64,000 bases of DNA from Parasegetibacter sp. NRK P23. GTDB lineage: Bacteria; Bacteroidota; Bacteroidia; Chitinophagales; Chitinophagaceae. Under the pieces are notes generated by a model. It saw only the letters and a program-made list of their open reading frames with translations, made no database searches and was not told the DNA's origin. The translations under genes were made by a program, and so were the position numbers. Positions 38,411 to 47,582 of this stretch are shown in pieces (position 1 is the first letter of the stretch; each line of letters starts with the position of its first letter). The stretch is from positions 3,857,655 through 3,921,654 of the forward strand of contig NZ_JAMDLG010000001.1 in the NCBI RefSeq assembly GCF_023721715.1. Direction: 5' to 3'.

Positions 38411-39952
38411 TCAACTTTCAACAGCATTGTTCCCGGTCTTCTGGCCACCCACTTTTTTCAGTGCCACCACAACTAACACCAGCAGGAACAACACACTCAC
38501 CCAGGCGCTCACCTGCATTCCGGTGCCGAAGGCGTTCTGTGCCGCGATAATAAGCGCCTTACCCTGCTCCGCCGGTAATGCCGCTGCTTCGTTTACCGCG
38601 CCCCCAAATGTTTCCAGGGACTTTTCTGAAGCCTGCGCTGGAATGGATTCCCGGCTCATCAGTCGCACATAAATGGCTGTACCAAGACTTCCGAAAATGG
38701 CCATCCCTGTTGCACCGCCAAACTCAGCGCTTGTTTCAGAAATCGCGCTCGCGGAACCGGCCCTTTCAGGCGGAGCAGAACCCACTACCAGATCGGTGGC
38801 CAGGGTAACAACCGGTGCAAACCCTACCGAAGTGAGGAACATGGCGGCAACCACCATCCACACACTACTCTGAGCGGTGAGTTGCGCAATGACTAAAAAA
38901 CCGGCAATAGCGAGGCATAGACCCAGCGCCATCAATTTACCAGGGGAGAATATTCTCAGTAGTTTCGGCCCATGCGTGGCACCCAGGATAAACCCGGTGA
39001 AGGAGGGAAGTGCCCAGAGTCCTGCTGCAAGTGGCGATAAGCCCAGCCCAAGCTGCATGTACTGGTAGATAAAAAAGAAAGAACCAAACATCACAAAGCA
39101 ACCCATTCCATAAATGGTCAGGGAGGCGCTGAATGCGGGTATGCGAAATAGGCTAATGTCTATCAATGGATCGTTGAGTTGTTTTTGTCGCCGGAAGAAG
39201 ATGACTCCTGTGATTAAACCAGCCGCGATGGAGGTGAGCCAGCGCCAATTGAACCCATTGGTTGCGATTTGTTTAAGCCCGAAAATAATCAGCAGTACTG
39301 CAATGAGCGAAAGAAAGGCGCTCGCAATATCAAGGCGCCGCGCCGCAGGGTCCTTAAATTCTGGCAGAAGATAGGGGCCGGCGATCAGCAACAGCAACAT
39401 CACGGGAATACCGATCAGGAAAACCGATCCCCACCAGAAGTATTGTAGCATAACGCCACCCACGATAGGGCCTACCGCGCCACCGGCGGCATAACCCATG
39501 GCCCATATTCCTATGGCTTTCGTGCGCTCTTCAGGATCCGGAAACATGTTTCTGATCAGCGATAAAGTAGAGGGCGCGATGGTTGCGCCTGCAATACCGA
39601 GAATGGCCCTTGCGAAGATGAGTATATTCGCGGATTGGGCGAAGGCTGCGAACAATGAGGCCAATCCGAAAAAGGCAGCCCCGATCAACAGCAGTTTTCG
39701 CCTGCCGATTCTGTCGCCGAGGTTGCCCATGGTGATGAGGAAACCCGCTACCAGGAACCCATAGATGTCCATGATCCAGAGCAGTTGGTTGCCGGTGGGC
39801 TGCAGGTCGGCGCTCAGTTGAGGAACGGCCAGGTTAAGTACCGTGAGGTCCATCGAATAGAGCATACACGGCAGGGCAATCACGATGAGACCGAGCCATT
39901 CCTTGCGGGTGGCCTTTACGGGTTCGGAAGCCAGCACGGGTGCATTTTCCAT
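38411..39952 (-). CDS. MFS transporter, DHA2 (EmrB/QacA, 14-TMS) drug efflux family
   Basis: 513 aa. MFS motifs (LNLAVPQLSADL, GDRIGRRKLLL). 14 predicted TM segments. Confidence 0.8.
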   Translation of the reverse strand: MENAPVLASEPVKATRKEWLGLIVIALPCMLYSMDLTVLNLAVPQLSADLQPTGNQLLWIMDIYGFLVAGFLITMGNLGDRIGRRKLLLIGAAFFGLASLFAAFAQSANILIFARAILGIAGATIAPSTLSLIRNMFPDPEERTKAIGIWAMGYAAGGAVGPIVGGVMLQYFWWGSVFLIGIPVMLLLLIAGPYLLPEFKDPAARRLDIASAFLSLIAVLLIIFGLKQIATNGFNWRWLTSIAAGLITGVIFFRRQKQLNDPLIDISLFRIPAFSASLTIYGMGCFVMFGSFFFIYQYMQLGLGLSPLAAGLWALPSFTGFILGATHGPKLLRIFSPGKLMALGLCLAIAGFLVIAQLTAQSSVWMVVAAMFLTSVGFAPVVTLATDLVVGSAPPERAGSASAISETSAEFGGATGMAIFGSLGTAIYVRLMSRESIPAQASEKSLETFGGAVNEAAALPAEQGKALIIAAQNAFGTGMQVSAWVSVLFLLVLVVVALKKVGGQKTGNNAVES

Positions 39953-40039
39953 AAAATGGTTTTAGGTTACCAAACTTACGGCGTAAGGAAGAAATAAGCA
40001 GGGTGCAATTATGACTTTAAGCAGGGGGAATGCGACAGC

Positions 40040-40071
40040 AGAAAACAAAAAAGCCGCTCCCAAAGAAGCGG
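40040..40071 (-). terminator. rho-independent terminator of the PPIase gene
   Basis: Stem gccgct/agcggc followed by UUUUUUGUUUU on the minus strand. Confidence 0.55.
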
Positions 40072-40099
40072 CCCATCATTTATCATTCAACATCCAACA

Positions 40100-40720
40100 T
40101 TATCTCCCGTTCGCTCTCAACACCGTAATGTTTTTCTTCACCCTGTCATCGTGGGTTTTTTTGATGATGTAGTGCCATTGTTTGTCGGATACATCCACGA
40201 AAAATACTTCTCCGGTTTTATGTTCTGCCACTGCGTCCTGGAATTCTTTGGGGAAGCTGTATTCACCAAAGAACCAGTCGGTATCACCGCGGGTGGTGTT
40301 GCCGTCCATCGTGTATTTGTCGGATAATTCAGCGAAAGAAACGCCTTCATTGGCTTTCTGCACGATTTCTTTTTTCAGTTTCTCAATTTCCGAAGGGGTG
40401 AGTGATCCGCCATCGAGGAACACGTAGCTGGCGCGATAAGCCACGGAGCCAACGGCTTCCAGCACTTTATAGGTAACGTAGCCCACGGAGAAAACATCGC
40501 CCTGCTTCTGGCGGAGCAAACGTTTATCGATAAGCGTAGTGTCCTTATCTGCGGAAAGTTCCAGAATAGCGGGCTTCAGTTCAGGATTATCTTTGATAAA
40601 CTGCTGCGCCTGCTGGAGCGTGGTGATCTTTTTGAACTTCTCGGTAACGGTTTCCTGCGCGAAGATGGCGGTGGACAGGAGAAGGAAGGCCATTACAAAA
40701 CGGTATCTCATATTTTTCAT
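40100..40720 (-). CDS. parvulin-type peptidyl-prolyl cis-trans isomerase (SurA/PpiC-like), secreted
   Basis: Start moved to MKNMRYRF, giving a signal peptide. Parvulin domain (TRGDTDWFFGEYSFPKEFQDAVAEHKTGEVF). Confidence 0.6.
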   Translation of the reverse strand: MKNMRYRFVMAFLLLSTAIFAQETVTEKFKKITTLQQAQQFIKDNPELKPAILELSADKDTTLIDKRLLRQKQGDVFSVGYVTYKVLEAVGSVAYRASYVFLDGGSLTPSEIEKLKKEIVQKANEGVSFAELSDKYTMDGNTTRGDTDWFFGEYSFPKEFQDAVAEHKTGEVFFVDVSDKQWHYIIKKTHDDRVKKNITVLRANGR

Positions 40721-40831
40721 TTTTTCTGTAGATGCAAAATTCCTACCTGAGGTTGATCGGGCAATGAGGTATGATGGAAGATAACATTTTTTTGGCGAAA
40801 AAGATCGGTGTTTCACCCCATGACTTCGTTA

Positions 40832-41629
40832 CTATTTCAGTTCCTTCAGTTGTATTCTTCTGAAATCGATGGGCTGTCCCTCACTCTGGAAGGCGATATA
40901 CCCTTCTTTGAGCATTTTCCCGTTCAGCTTCTGCGTGGGGTCGAACCTGTTCACCACGCTGCCACCAATCTGTGGTTTACTGTAGGTTAATACTGTGTCG
41001 CCTTCTATGATGTGTTGCACAAGGGAGTCGCCGTACACAATAAGTTCAGCCTTCACCCATTGCTCCGGGGGATAAGTTTTGGAGGAAGAATTGATGCAGT
41101 GGGTGGAATCCAGCTTTCCGTTATAAACAACGTGTGTGCCGGGCGAACACATATTGCCGGTGGGCCTGGGTTTGCCATCGGGTAAGCCGGCCAGCAACTG
41201 CATTTCCACGGATATTGGCCAGTCCTGTTCTTTGGGCATGGTACGGGGATCCTGGGAATGGAACATGATGCCGCTGTTCAGGATGGTATAGGAGGGTGCG
41301 TCTTTCCGCCAGTCGCCGGTGAATTTGTATTCGAATTTGAGGTGGAAGCTGGAAAGCGGTTTCTTGTAATAAAGGTGGCCATACCTTTCGTTGAACGATT
41401 CGTACTGGTCATACCTTACTTCGAGCACAGAATCTTCGGTAATGCGGAAGGTGTTGCCATAGTTATCGCCGGTTTCATGGTGGTGAATCTTTACCATCCA
41501 GTCTTTGAGGTCTTTTCCGTTGAGCAGGTCCTGCCATCCGGCCTGTTTGTTTTGAACGGGGGGCTTGCAGGAAAACAGCACCAGTAGAGCGCTGAGCGAA
41601 AGGGTCAGGTAGCGAACAATCGATTGCAT
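40832..41629 (-). CDS. DUF1080 (3-keto-disaccharide hydrolase / laminin-G-like) domain lipoprotein
   Basis: Motifs GWQDLLNGKDLKDW and YIAFQSEG. Start trimmed to the signal-peptide Met. Confidence 0.7.
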   Translation of the reverse strand: MQSIVRYLTLSLSALLVLFSCKPPVQNKQAGWQDLLNGKDLKDWMVKIHHHETGDNYGNTFRITEDSVLEVRYDQYESFNERYGHLYYKKPLSSFHLKFEYKFTGDWRKDAPSYTILNSGIMFHSQDPRTMPKEQDWPISVEMQLLAGLPDGKPRPTGNMCSPGTHVVYNGKLDSTHCINSSSKTYPPEQWVKAELIVYGDSLVQHIIEGDTVLTYSKPQIGGSVVNRFDPTQKLNGKMLKEGYIAFQSEGQPIDFRRIQLKELK

Positions 41630-41783
41630 GTCTGTAAGTTTTTTCAACCTGTAATTTATCTTCCTTTTTCCGTTCAGCAAGTATTCAGCGGCGGCATTTA
41701 AAATTTTCCTAATATTATGTCCCTTTTCTTTCCGGAAAGGCGCTCTGGTTAGTCTGCATATTCTTCATAATCAATTTATACTC

Positions 41784-44700
41784 ATGAACGGGTTGAACAT
41801 TGTTATAAGAGGGCATAAGCAGACGCCCGCAGTTGCGACCAATGCAGGCGATGTATTGGAGCTGGAAGCGTCTTACACGATTACCGGGGTTTCCCGAGGC
41901 GATGCCTCTGCCCATAAGATCACACTGAACAGGGAGAAATTACTTGAATTTATTTTTGAAGATGAAACTACATGGATGTGCAGCGATGCATCCATCAACG
42001 AATTATTCCCCGAACTGGATGCGCCTGGCATGGCTTCGGCGGTACGTGGCGGCGATGGCGCATTCGAAATACCCGCGGCATTAAAGGCGTCGGGAGCGGA
42101 ACGTGGATGGGTGACCAACGTGGCCATAAAGCTCATCAATGTATTCGCGAAAAAGAAGATAGGCATCACCGTTGAAAAAGCCGCCAGGAATTATGAGTTG
42201 AAGAACCTGGGCAATGTGGTGGGACTTTTTAAAGTAGATACTGGCTTTCATTTGCACGAATTCCGTGCGCCGGAGCTGGGGAAACCGGTGCTTTTGCTGA
42301 TCCATGGAACAGCGTCTTCCGTATGGGGTTGCTTTGGCGGAATGAAAAATACAGAACTCTGGAAATACCTTTGCCAAACCTATGGTAACAATATTTACGC
42401 TTTCCAGCATGAAACACTGAGCAAAAGTCCGTTAGACAATATCCGCGAACTTATCGGGCTATTGCCTTCCAACCTCCACCTGCATATCATTACACATTCA
42501 CGTGGTGGATTGCTGGGAGATGTACTCTCCAGATTCACAGATTCTGATGCGGGGAAAAATGGCTTTACAGATGAGGAACTGGCTTTGCTGGAGAAAGAGA
42601 AAAGACATGCAGACCTCCGGAACATTGAGGCGATCACGAAGTTGATGGCGGGGAAACAGTTGCGTGTGGAGCGTTTCATCCGTGTTGCCTGTCCTGCCGC
42701 CGGAACGATACTGGCTTCCAAACGACTGGATATTTATTTCAATGTGATCGCCAACCTTACCGGTTTATTAACCGGTTCACTGGCCAACCCGCTGTTCACG
42801 GCTTTCCGCGAACTGATCGCCTCGGTGATCGATACCAAAGATGACAGCGATGTATTACCGGGCATAGAAGCCATGAACCCGGAATCGCCGTTTTTGAAAG
42901 TGCTGAACAATCCATCCACGTCAGCGCCATTGAACAATCAATTGGTGGTGGTGGCCGGTAACTGTGGACTGAACTTCAGTATGAAGGCGTTGAAGATACT
43001 TGCCGTTCGCCTTTTTTTCCTGGAAGCCAACGACCTTGTGGTGAACAGCGATTCCATGTACCTGGGGGCCAAAAGAAAAATGCCAGTGCAGTATTTTTTT
43101 GATGAGGCCGATGATGTGGACCACTTCAGCTATTTCAGGAATAAAAAGACGGGCCAGGCTATGATGCGCGCCTTCCAGACCCAGCCCGATAAGCCTGTTC
43201 CGGGGTACGCGCTCTTCAACAGCCCCAGCTCGGAAGAAGCCCTCCGCAACGCGTTATTTAACCCGGAAGGTGGTGAACTTTTCCCCGATGAAATCACGGG
43301 AAAAAGACCTATCGCTGTGCTGTTACCCGGCATCATGGGCTCCAATATTGGTCCTAAGGGCGACCTGCTCTGGATCAATTACTGGAAGTTCATTAAGGGT
43401 GGGTTAAAAGACCTGAACAACCTGGAGGAATACACCGCAACTTCCGTGGTGAAAACCTCGTATAAAAAACTGAAAGATGAACTCTCCGCGAAATACGATG
43501 TGGAGACTTTTCATTTCGACTGGCGTCGTCCATTGACCGAAGTGGCCGCTATCTTCAATGAAAGAATAAAACAACTGATGGCCTTCGGCCAGCCGATCAG
43601 GTTGATTGGCCACTCTATGGGCGGTGTGGTGATCCGTGATTTTATGGTGAACCACCGCGAAACCTGGCAGCAGCTCAATAATTCCACGGGCTTCCGGCTT
43701 ATCTTCCTCGGGTCCCCACTGGGCGGCTCTTTCAGAATTCCCTACGTGTTGTTCGGGAAAGATTCCATCATCAAGAAACTCGCGATGATCGATATGCGCC
43801 ACAGCAAAAAGGAGTTGTTGCGCGTGTTTTCAGGCATGCAGGGATTGTTAAGTTTACTTCCCCTCGATAAAAACAATGCGGAAAATGATTTTGGAAACGG
43901 TGAAACCTGGCGACAGATGGCCCAGGCTGTAGGCGATTCTTCCTGGCCGCTTCCGCCTGCCAATACAATTAAAGCATTTGCAGATTACCGTGATGGCATA
44001 ACGGATCTTTCAGCGGATGACTTTAAGAATGCCGTGTACATAGCAGGGAAAGATAAGTCCACACCTTGCGGTTATCGCATCGAAAATGGGCAGCTCGTGT
44101 TCCTAAGTACCGCCGAAGGCGACCAGAGCGTAACCTGGGAAACAGGCATTCCTGCTTTAATGTCAGCCGCCAATAATGTGTATTACGTAAACGTTTCGCA
44201 TGGCGCGCTGGCCAACGAACCTTCCATGTTCAAAGGCATTGGTGAAATACTTGAAACAGGTACCACCAACCTTTTGAGTAAGAAACGGCCGGTGGTACGC
44301 GGGGAAGAAAAAGTATTCCGTACACCGGAAGTACACGACTTCGATACTTCCATGATAGGGTTGGAAAAAACACTGCTGGGATTGGGTGGAGAAACCACCG
44401 GAATTGAGCGGGGTGAAACACCGATCCGGGTATGGGTAAGTAACGGGGACCTTTCTTACGCGGCAAATCCGGTACTCGCAGGTCACTTTGAAGATGATGG
44501 CGTACTGTATGCCGAATCTTATATAGATGCGCTGCTGGATGGCGCGTTGCGAAAAAGACACCAGCTTGGATTGTACCCGGGAAAAATCGGTACCAGTGAA
44601 GTGTTCCTGCCCGATGCGGGTCGGTTTACCGGAGCGATTATAACCGGTTTAGGTAAACCCGGTACATTAACGGCGCACCAGCTCACGCTTACCGTAGAGC

Positions 44701-47243
44701 AGGGGGTCACCAATTATTTACTGGGCTTTAACAGCGGGCTGGAACGCAGGCAAAAAAAGAACGACGGGTCGGGTATTTCCTCACTTATTATCGGGTGTGG
44801 ATATGGCGGACTAAGCGTGGAGAATTCCATCCGCGCCATTTTACAGGGCGTTCAGAATGCCAATGTGAAAATGGCGAAATTGTATGGAACCCATTGCCGG
44901 ATGGTGGAAGATGTAGAATTTGTGGAGAAGGACCACAGTCGCGCGCTCGGATGTTTCTATTCACTCGCAAGAATAGAGCAGGAGCGCAACCGCTGGCTCA
45001 ACATTACTTTACCCGAGAAAAAAATAAGGCTCCTGCTGGGAAGGACCAAAAGAATACCACACGACGCCAGCGAGGAATGGTGGAACCGCATCACCGTAAG
45101 GCAGTATGGTCTGGAGACGTTGGAAAGAAAAGCCATCAGCAGCCTGCATTTCAGCGCCTCCACCGGAGGGGCAAGAGAGGAAGTGCGGGTACTGCATTGC
45201 AGCATGGGAATTATTGATGAACTGGTGAACAATATTTCCACCAGCAATGAATGGACGCCACAACGAGCCAAGACCATCTTCGAATTGCTGATACCCAACG
45301 ATTTTAAAGAACAACTCAAAAGGCAATGCCATATCTCCTGGATACTGGACAAGGAAACGGCCGCTTATCCCTGGGAGTTGCTGCAGGACACGATCCAGAA
45401 TGCAAAACCCCTGTGCATCAGCGCGGGCATGATCCGTCAACTGGCCACGGAGCAATACCGGACCATTATCAATCCAGCGGTGAAGAACAATGTGCTGATT
45501 ATTGCCGAACCGCAGCTCAACGGCGCGGCCCCCGCCCTTCCGGCAGCAAAAGAAGAGGGGCTGCAAGTGGCGGATATATTGAAGGAGAACGGGTACGAAA
45601 CAAAACTCGTGGCAGAAGCAGCGGCCCCGGAAATAATCCAGGCTTTATACGAAGACGATTACCGTATTATTCACCTGGCGGGACACGGTTTTTTCAACGA
45701 ACAGGAACCGGAAAATTCCGGGATGATGATCGGTCATAATGTCTATCTCTCCACCCGTGAAATCGCCCAGATGAGTGTGGTTCCGGAACTGGTGGTGGTG
45801 AACTGCTGCTTCCTGGGCAAAACTTCCGGAGCCGCCGAAGCGCTGTACAACAAGAGATACCGGCTGGCCGCCAACATTGGCACACAACTGATTGAAAACG
45901 GAGTGAAAGCCGTAGTGGCCGCAGGGTGGGCTGTGAACGACGCGGCAGCGCAGGAGTTTACCAATGTGTTTTACAAACACCTTTTCGATGGGTATAACTT
46001 CGGGGAAGCTGTGCTGGAAGCTCGAAAGGCTGTTTTCACGCTGTTCCCGGGAACGAACACCTGGGGGGCCTATCAATGCTATGGTGATCCGTTCTTTAAA
46101 TTGAAAGCGAATGGTCCTTCCAGGAAAGAAGCGCGTCCGTTGTCGTATGTTATTTCGGAAGAAGCGGAATACGACCTGTTCAACCTGCTGAATGAACTGG
46201 AGATGGGGAACCGGCCCGTAGCTGAATACAACCGCAAACTGGTCGCCATCATGGATGCCGTTGACCGTGCGGGCATCCGGAATGCGGAGATCACCGAAAA
46301 AGAAGCATGGGTCCTCACTGAACTGGCGAGTTTTGATGAGGCCATCGTGAAGTACGAGCAGTTGCTCCGGATGGAAAAAGCGCTTTTCACTTTCCTCAGT
46401 ATGGAAAGGTATTGCGATATCAGGGGCAGAAAACTGTTGCGCGATCTTCAGCGTAAACTCATTACGGCCGCACAGGCGGAAGAAGGCATCCTCCGCGTGA
46501 TTGCCGACCTGGGTGTGCTGATCAACGCCGGCGGTACGGCAGAGCGGTTCGGGCTACTCGCGCGCGCCTACAAAAGAAAAGCGCTGATGACCAACCAGTC
46601 CGCCGCCCGGACAAAGCTGCTGGAAAAAGCGGCCGCGCTTTGTTACCAGGCATACCAGGTGGCGGGAAAAGGGGAGAATATGTACGCGCTAACGGCATGG
46701 CTGGAAATGGAAAGCGTGCTGGTATTGGTCTACGGAAGAAAATGGGGACAGTCCTGCCGCTCGGAAAACCTGACCTACACACTCCCGCAAGCCGAGGATG
46801 TTCTAAAATTACTCGAGCAGTCCGCCACTACTGTTTACAGCGACGACGATGAATTTGATTACAACGATATGGTTTCCGCCACACACATCGAACTCTGCAG
46901 AATGCTGGTGGGCAAAGCGTCCGGCGGGGAAGAGGACTGGAGCAATATTATGCGTACGCTGCAATCTATATGGGAAAAGGCCGGCTCCCCGGGTAAAAAG
47001 ATCGCGGAAACTGAAAGATGGTGCTTCCTGGCACATGCGCTTTCAGGCCAGAGAAAAGATATTGCTTACGAATTCATCCCCGAAGGAAACGCAGGTATGG
47101 AAACGATCAGCGTGTATGTTGAAATGGTCAGGGAAGTGTTGAAGCTCCGTAAAAAGAACGGCGGCATCTCCGTGAAAAAAGCACCGGTTAAGAAGGCTGC
47201 CCCCAAGAAAAGCCCGGCGAAAAAACGGGTTACGAAAAAGTAA
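41784..47243 (+). CDS. 1819-aa multidomain protein: unknown N-domain + two tandem lipase/esterase-like alpha/beta-hydrolase modules + caspase-like region + CHAT protease domain + TPR-like helical array + Lys/Ala/Pro-rich tail
   Basis: GxSxG elbows ITHSRGG (~aa 239) and IGHSMGG (~aa 611), each preceded by an oxyanion-type LLIHGT / LLPGIMGS segment. CHAT dyad HLAGHG (~aa 1298) and VVVNCCFLG (~aa 1342). C-terminal helical repeats. Tail KKAPVKKAAPKKSPAKKRVTKK. Single uninterrupted frame. Confidence 0.85.
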   Translation: MNGLNIVIRGHKQTPAVATNAGDVLELEASYTITGVSRGDASAHKITLNREKLLEFIFEDETTWMCSDASINELFPELDAPGMASAVRGGDGAFEIPAALKASGAERGWVTNVAIKLINVFAKKKIGITVEKAARNYELKNLGNVVGLFKVDTGFHLHEFRAPELGKPVLLLIHGTASSVWGCFGGMKNTELWKYLCQTYGNNIYAFQHETLSKSPLDNIRELIGLLPSNLHLHIITHSRGGLLGDVLSRFTDSDAGKNGFTDEELALLEKEKRHADLRNIEAITKLMAGKQLRVERFIRVACPAAGTILASKRLDIYFNVIANLTGLLTGSLANPLFTAFRELIASVIDTKDDSDVLPGIEAMNPESPFLKVLNNPSTSAPLNNQLVVVAGNCGLNFSMKALKILAVRLFFLEANDLVVNSDSMYLGAKRKMPVQYFFDEADDVDHFSYFRNKKTGQAMMRAFQTQPDKPVPGYALFNSPSSEEALRNALFNPEGGELFPDEITGKRPIAVLLPGIMGSNIGPKGDLLWINYWKFIKGGLKDLNNLEEYTATSVVKTSYKKLKDELSAKYDVETFHFDWRRPLTEVAAIFNERIKQLMAFGQPIRLIGHSMGGVVIRDFMVNHRETWQQLNNSTGFRLIFLGSPLGGSFRIPYVLFGKDSIIKKLAMIDMRHSKKELLRVFSGMQGLLSLLPLDKNNAENDFGNGETWRQMAQAVGDSSWPLPPANTIKAFADYRDGITDLSADDFKNAVYIAGKDKSTPCGYRIENGQLVFLSTAEGDQSVTWETGIPALMSAANNVYYVNVSHGALANEPSMFKGIGEILETGTTNLLSKKRPVVRGEEKVFRTPEVHDFDTSMIGLEKTLLGLGGETTGIERGETPIRVWVSNGDLSYAANPVLAGHFEDDGVLYAESYIDALLDGALRKRHQLGLYPGKIGTSEVFLPDAGRFTGAIITGLGKPGTLTAHQLTLTVEQGVTNYLLGFNSGLERRQKKNDGSGISSLIIGCGYGGLSVENSIRAILQGVQNANVKMAKLYGTHCRMVEDVEFVEKDHSRALGCFYSLARIEQERNRWLNITLPEKKIRLLLGRTKRIPHDASEEWWNRITVRQYGLETLERKAISSLHFSASTGGAREEVRVLHCSMGIIDELVNNISTSNEWTPQRAKTIFELLIPNDFKEQLKRQCHISWILDKETAAYPWELLQDTIQNAKPLCISAGMIRQLATEQYRTIINPAVKNNVLIIAEPQLNGAAPALPAAKEEGLQVADILKENGYETKLVAEAAAPEIIQALYEDDYRIIHLAGHGFFNEQEPENSGMMIGHNVYLSTREIAQMSVVPELVVVNCCFLGKTSGAAEALYNKRYRLAANIGTQLIENGVKAVVAAGWAVNDAAAQEFTNVFYKHLFDGYNFGEAVLEARKAVFTLFPGTNTWGAYQCYGDPFFKLKANGPSRKEARPLSYVISEEAEYDLFNLLNELEMGNRPVAEYNRKLVAIMDAVDRAGIRNAEITEKEAWVLTELASFDEAIVKYEQLLRMEKALFTFLSMERYCDIRGRKLLRDLQRKLITAAQAEEGILRVIADLGVLINAGGTAERFGLLARAYKRKALMTNQSAARTKLLEKAAALCYQAYQVAGKGENMYALTAWLEMESVLVLVYGRKWGQSCRSENLTYTLPQAEDVLKLLEQSATTVYSDDDEFDYNDMVSATHIELCRMLVGKASGGEEDWSNIMRTLQSIWEKAGSPGKKIAETERWCFLAHALSGQRKDIAYEFIPEGNAGMETISVYVEMVREVLKLRKKNGGISVKKAPVKKAAPKKSPAKKRVTKK

Positions 47244-47250
47244 AATGAAA

Positions 47251-47298
47251 CGGGCGTATCAAAGAACGATACGCCCGCGTTTATTTCATTCATATTTT
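47251..47298 (+). terminator. strong rho-independent terminator of the giant gene
   Basis: Perfect 10-bp stem cgggcgtatc/gatacgcccg with a 7-nt loop, followed by a T-rich tract. Confidence 0.8.
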
Positions 47299-47334
47299 CA
47301 CATGAAGTATTTCCAAAAAAATCTCAGCCATCAA

Positions 47335-47580
47335 TAAGCAAGAAATTATACCAAGCGCACACGTTGCGCCGCCGTGTTGCGAAGCATGAAGCAATTGCGA
47401 GAAATAAGAATACATCCGCGGCTTTCTAATAAAAGAAACGCCCGCCAACCCGCTAATGCCTTGCGTCCTTGCTCCTGCGAGGAACGAAGCAGTGCGCCTG
47501 CGCCGTGCACAGCACAAAGCAGTTGCGTGAAACCTTCCCCAACAAAACCATTGCTTTCCCCTGCATTGCGAGGAACAACA
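47335..47580. repeat. intergenic GC-rich repeat element (TTGCG-rich family, copy 1)
   Basis: Shares the CCTTGCGTCCTTGCTCCT(T)GCG, AGTGCGC and GCAATTGCGAGAA motifs with 62385..62600 and 50793..50880. Confidence 0.6.
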
Positions 47581-47582
47581 TG

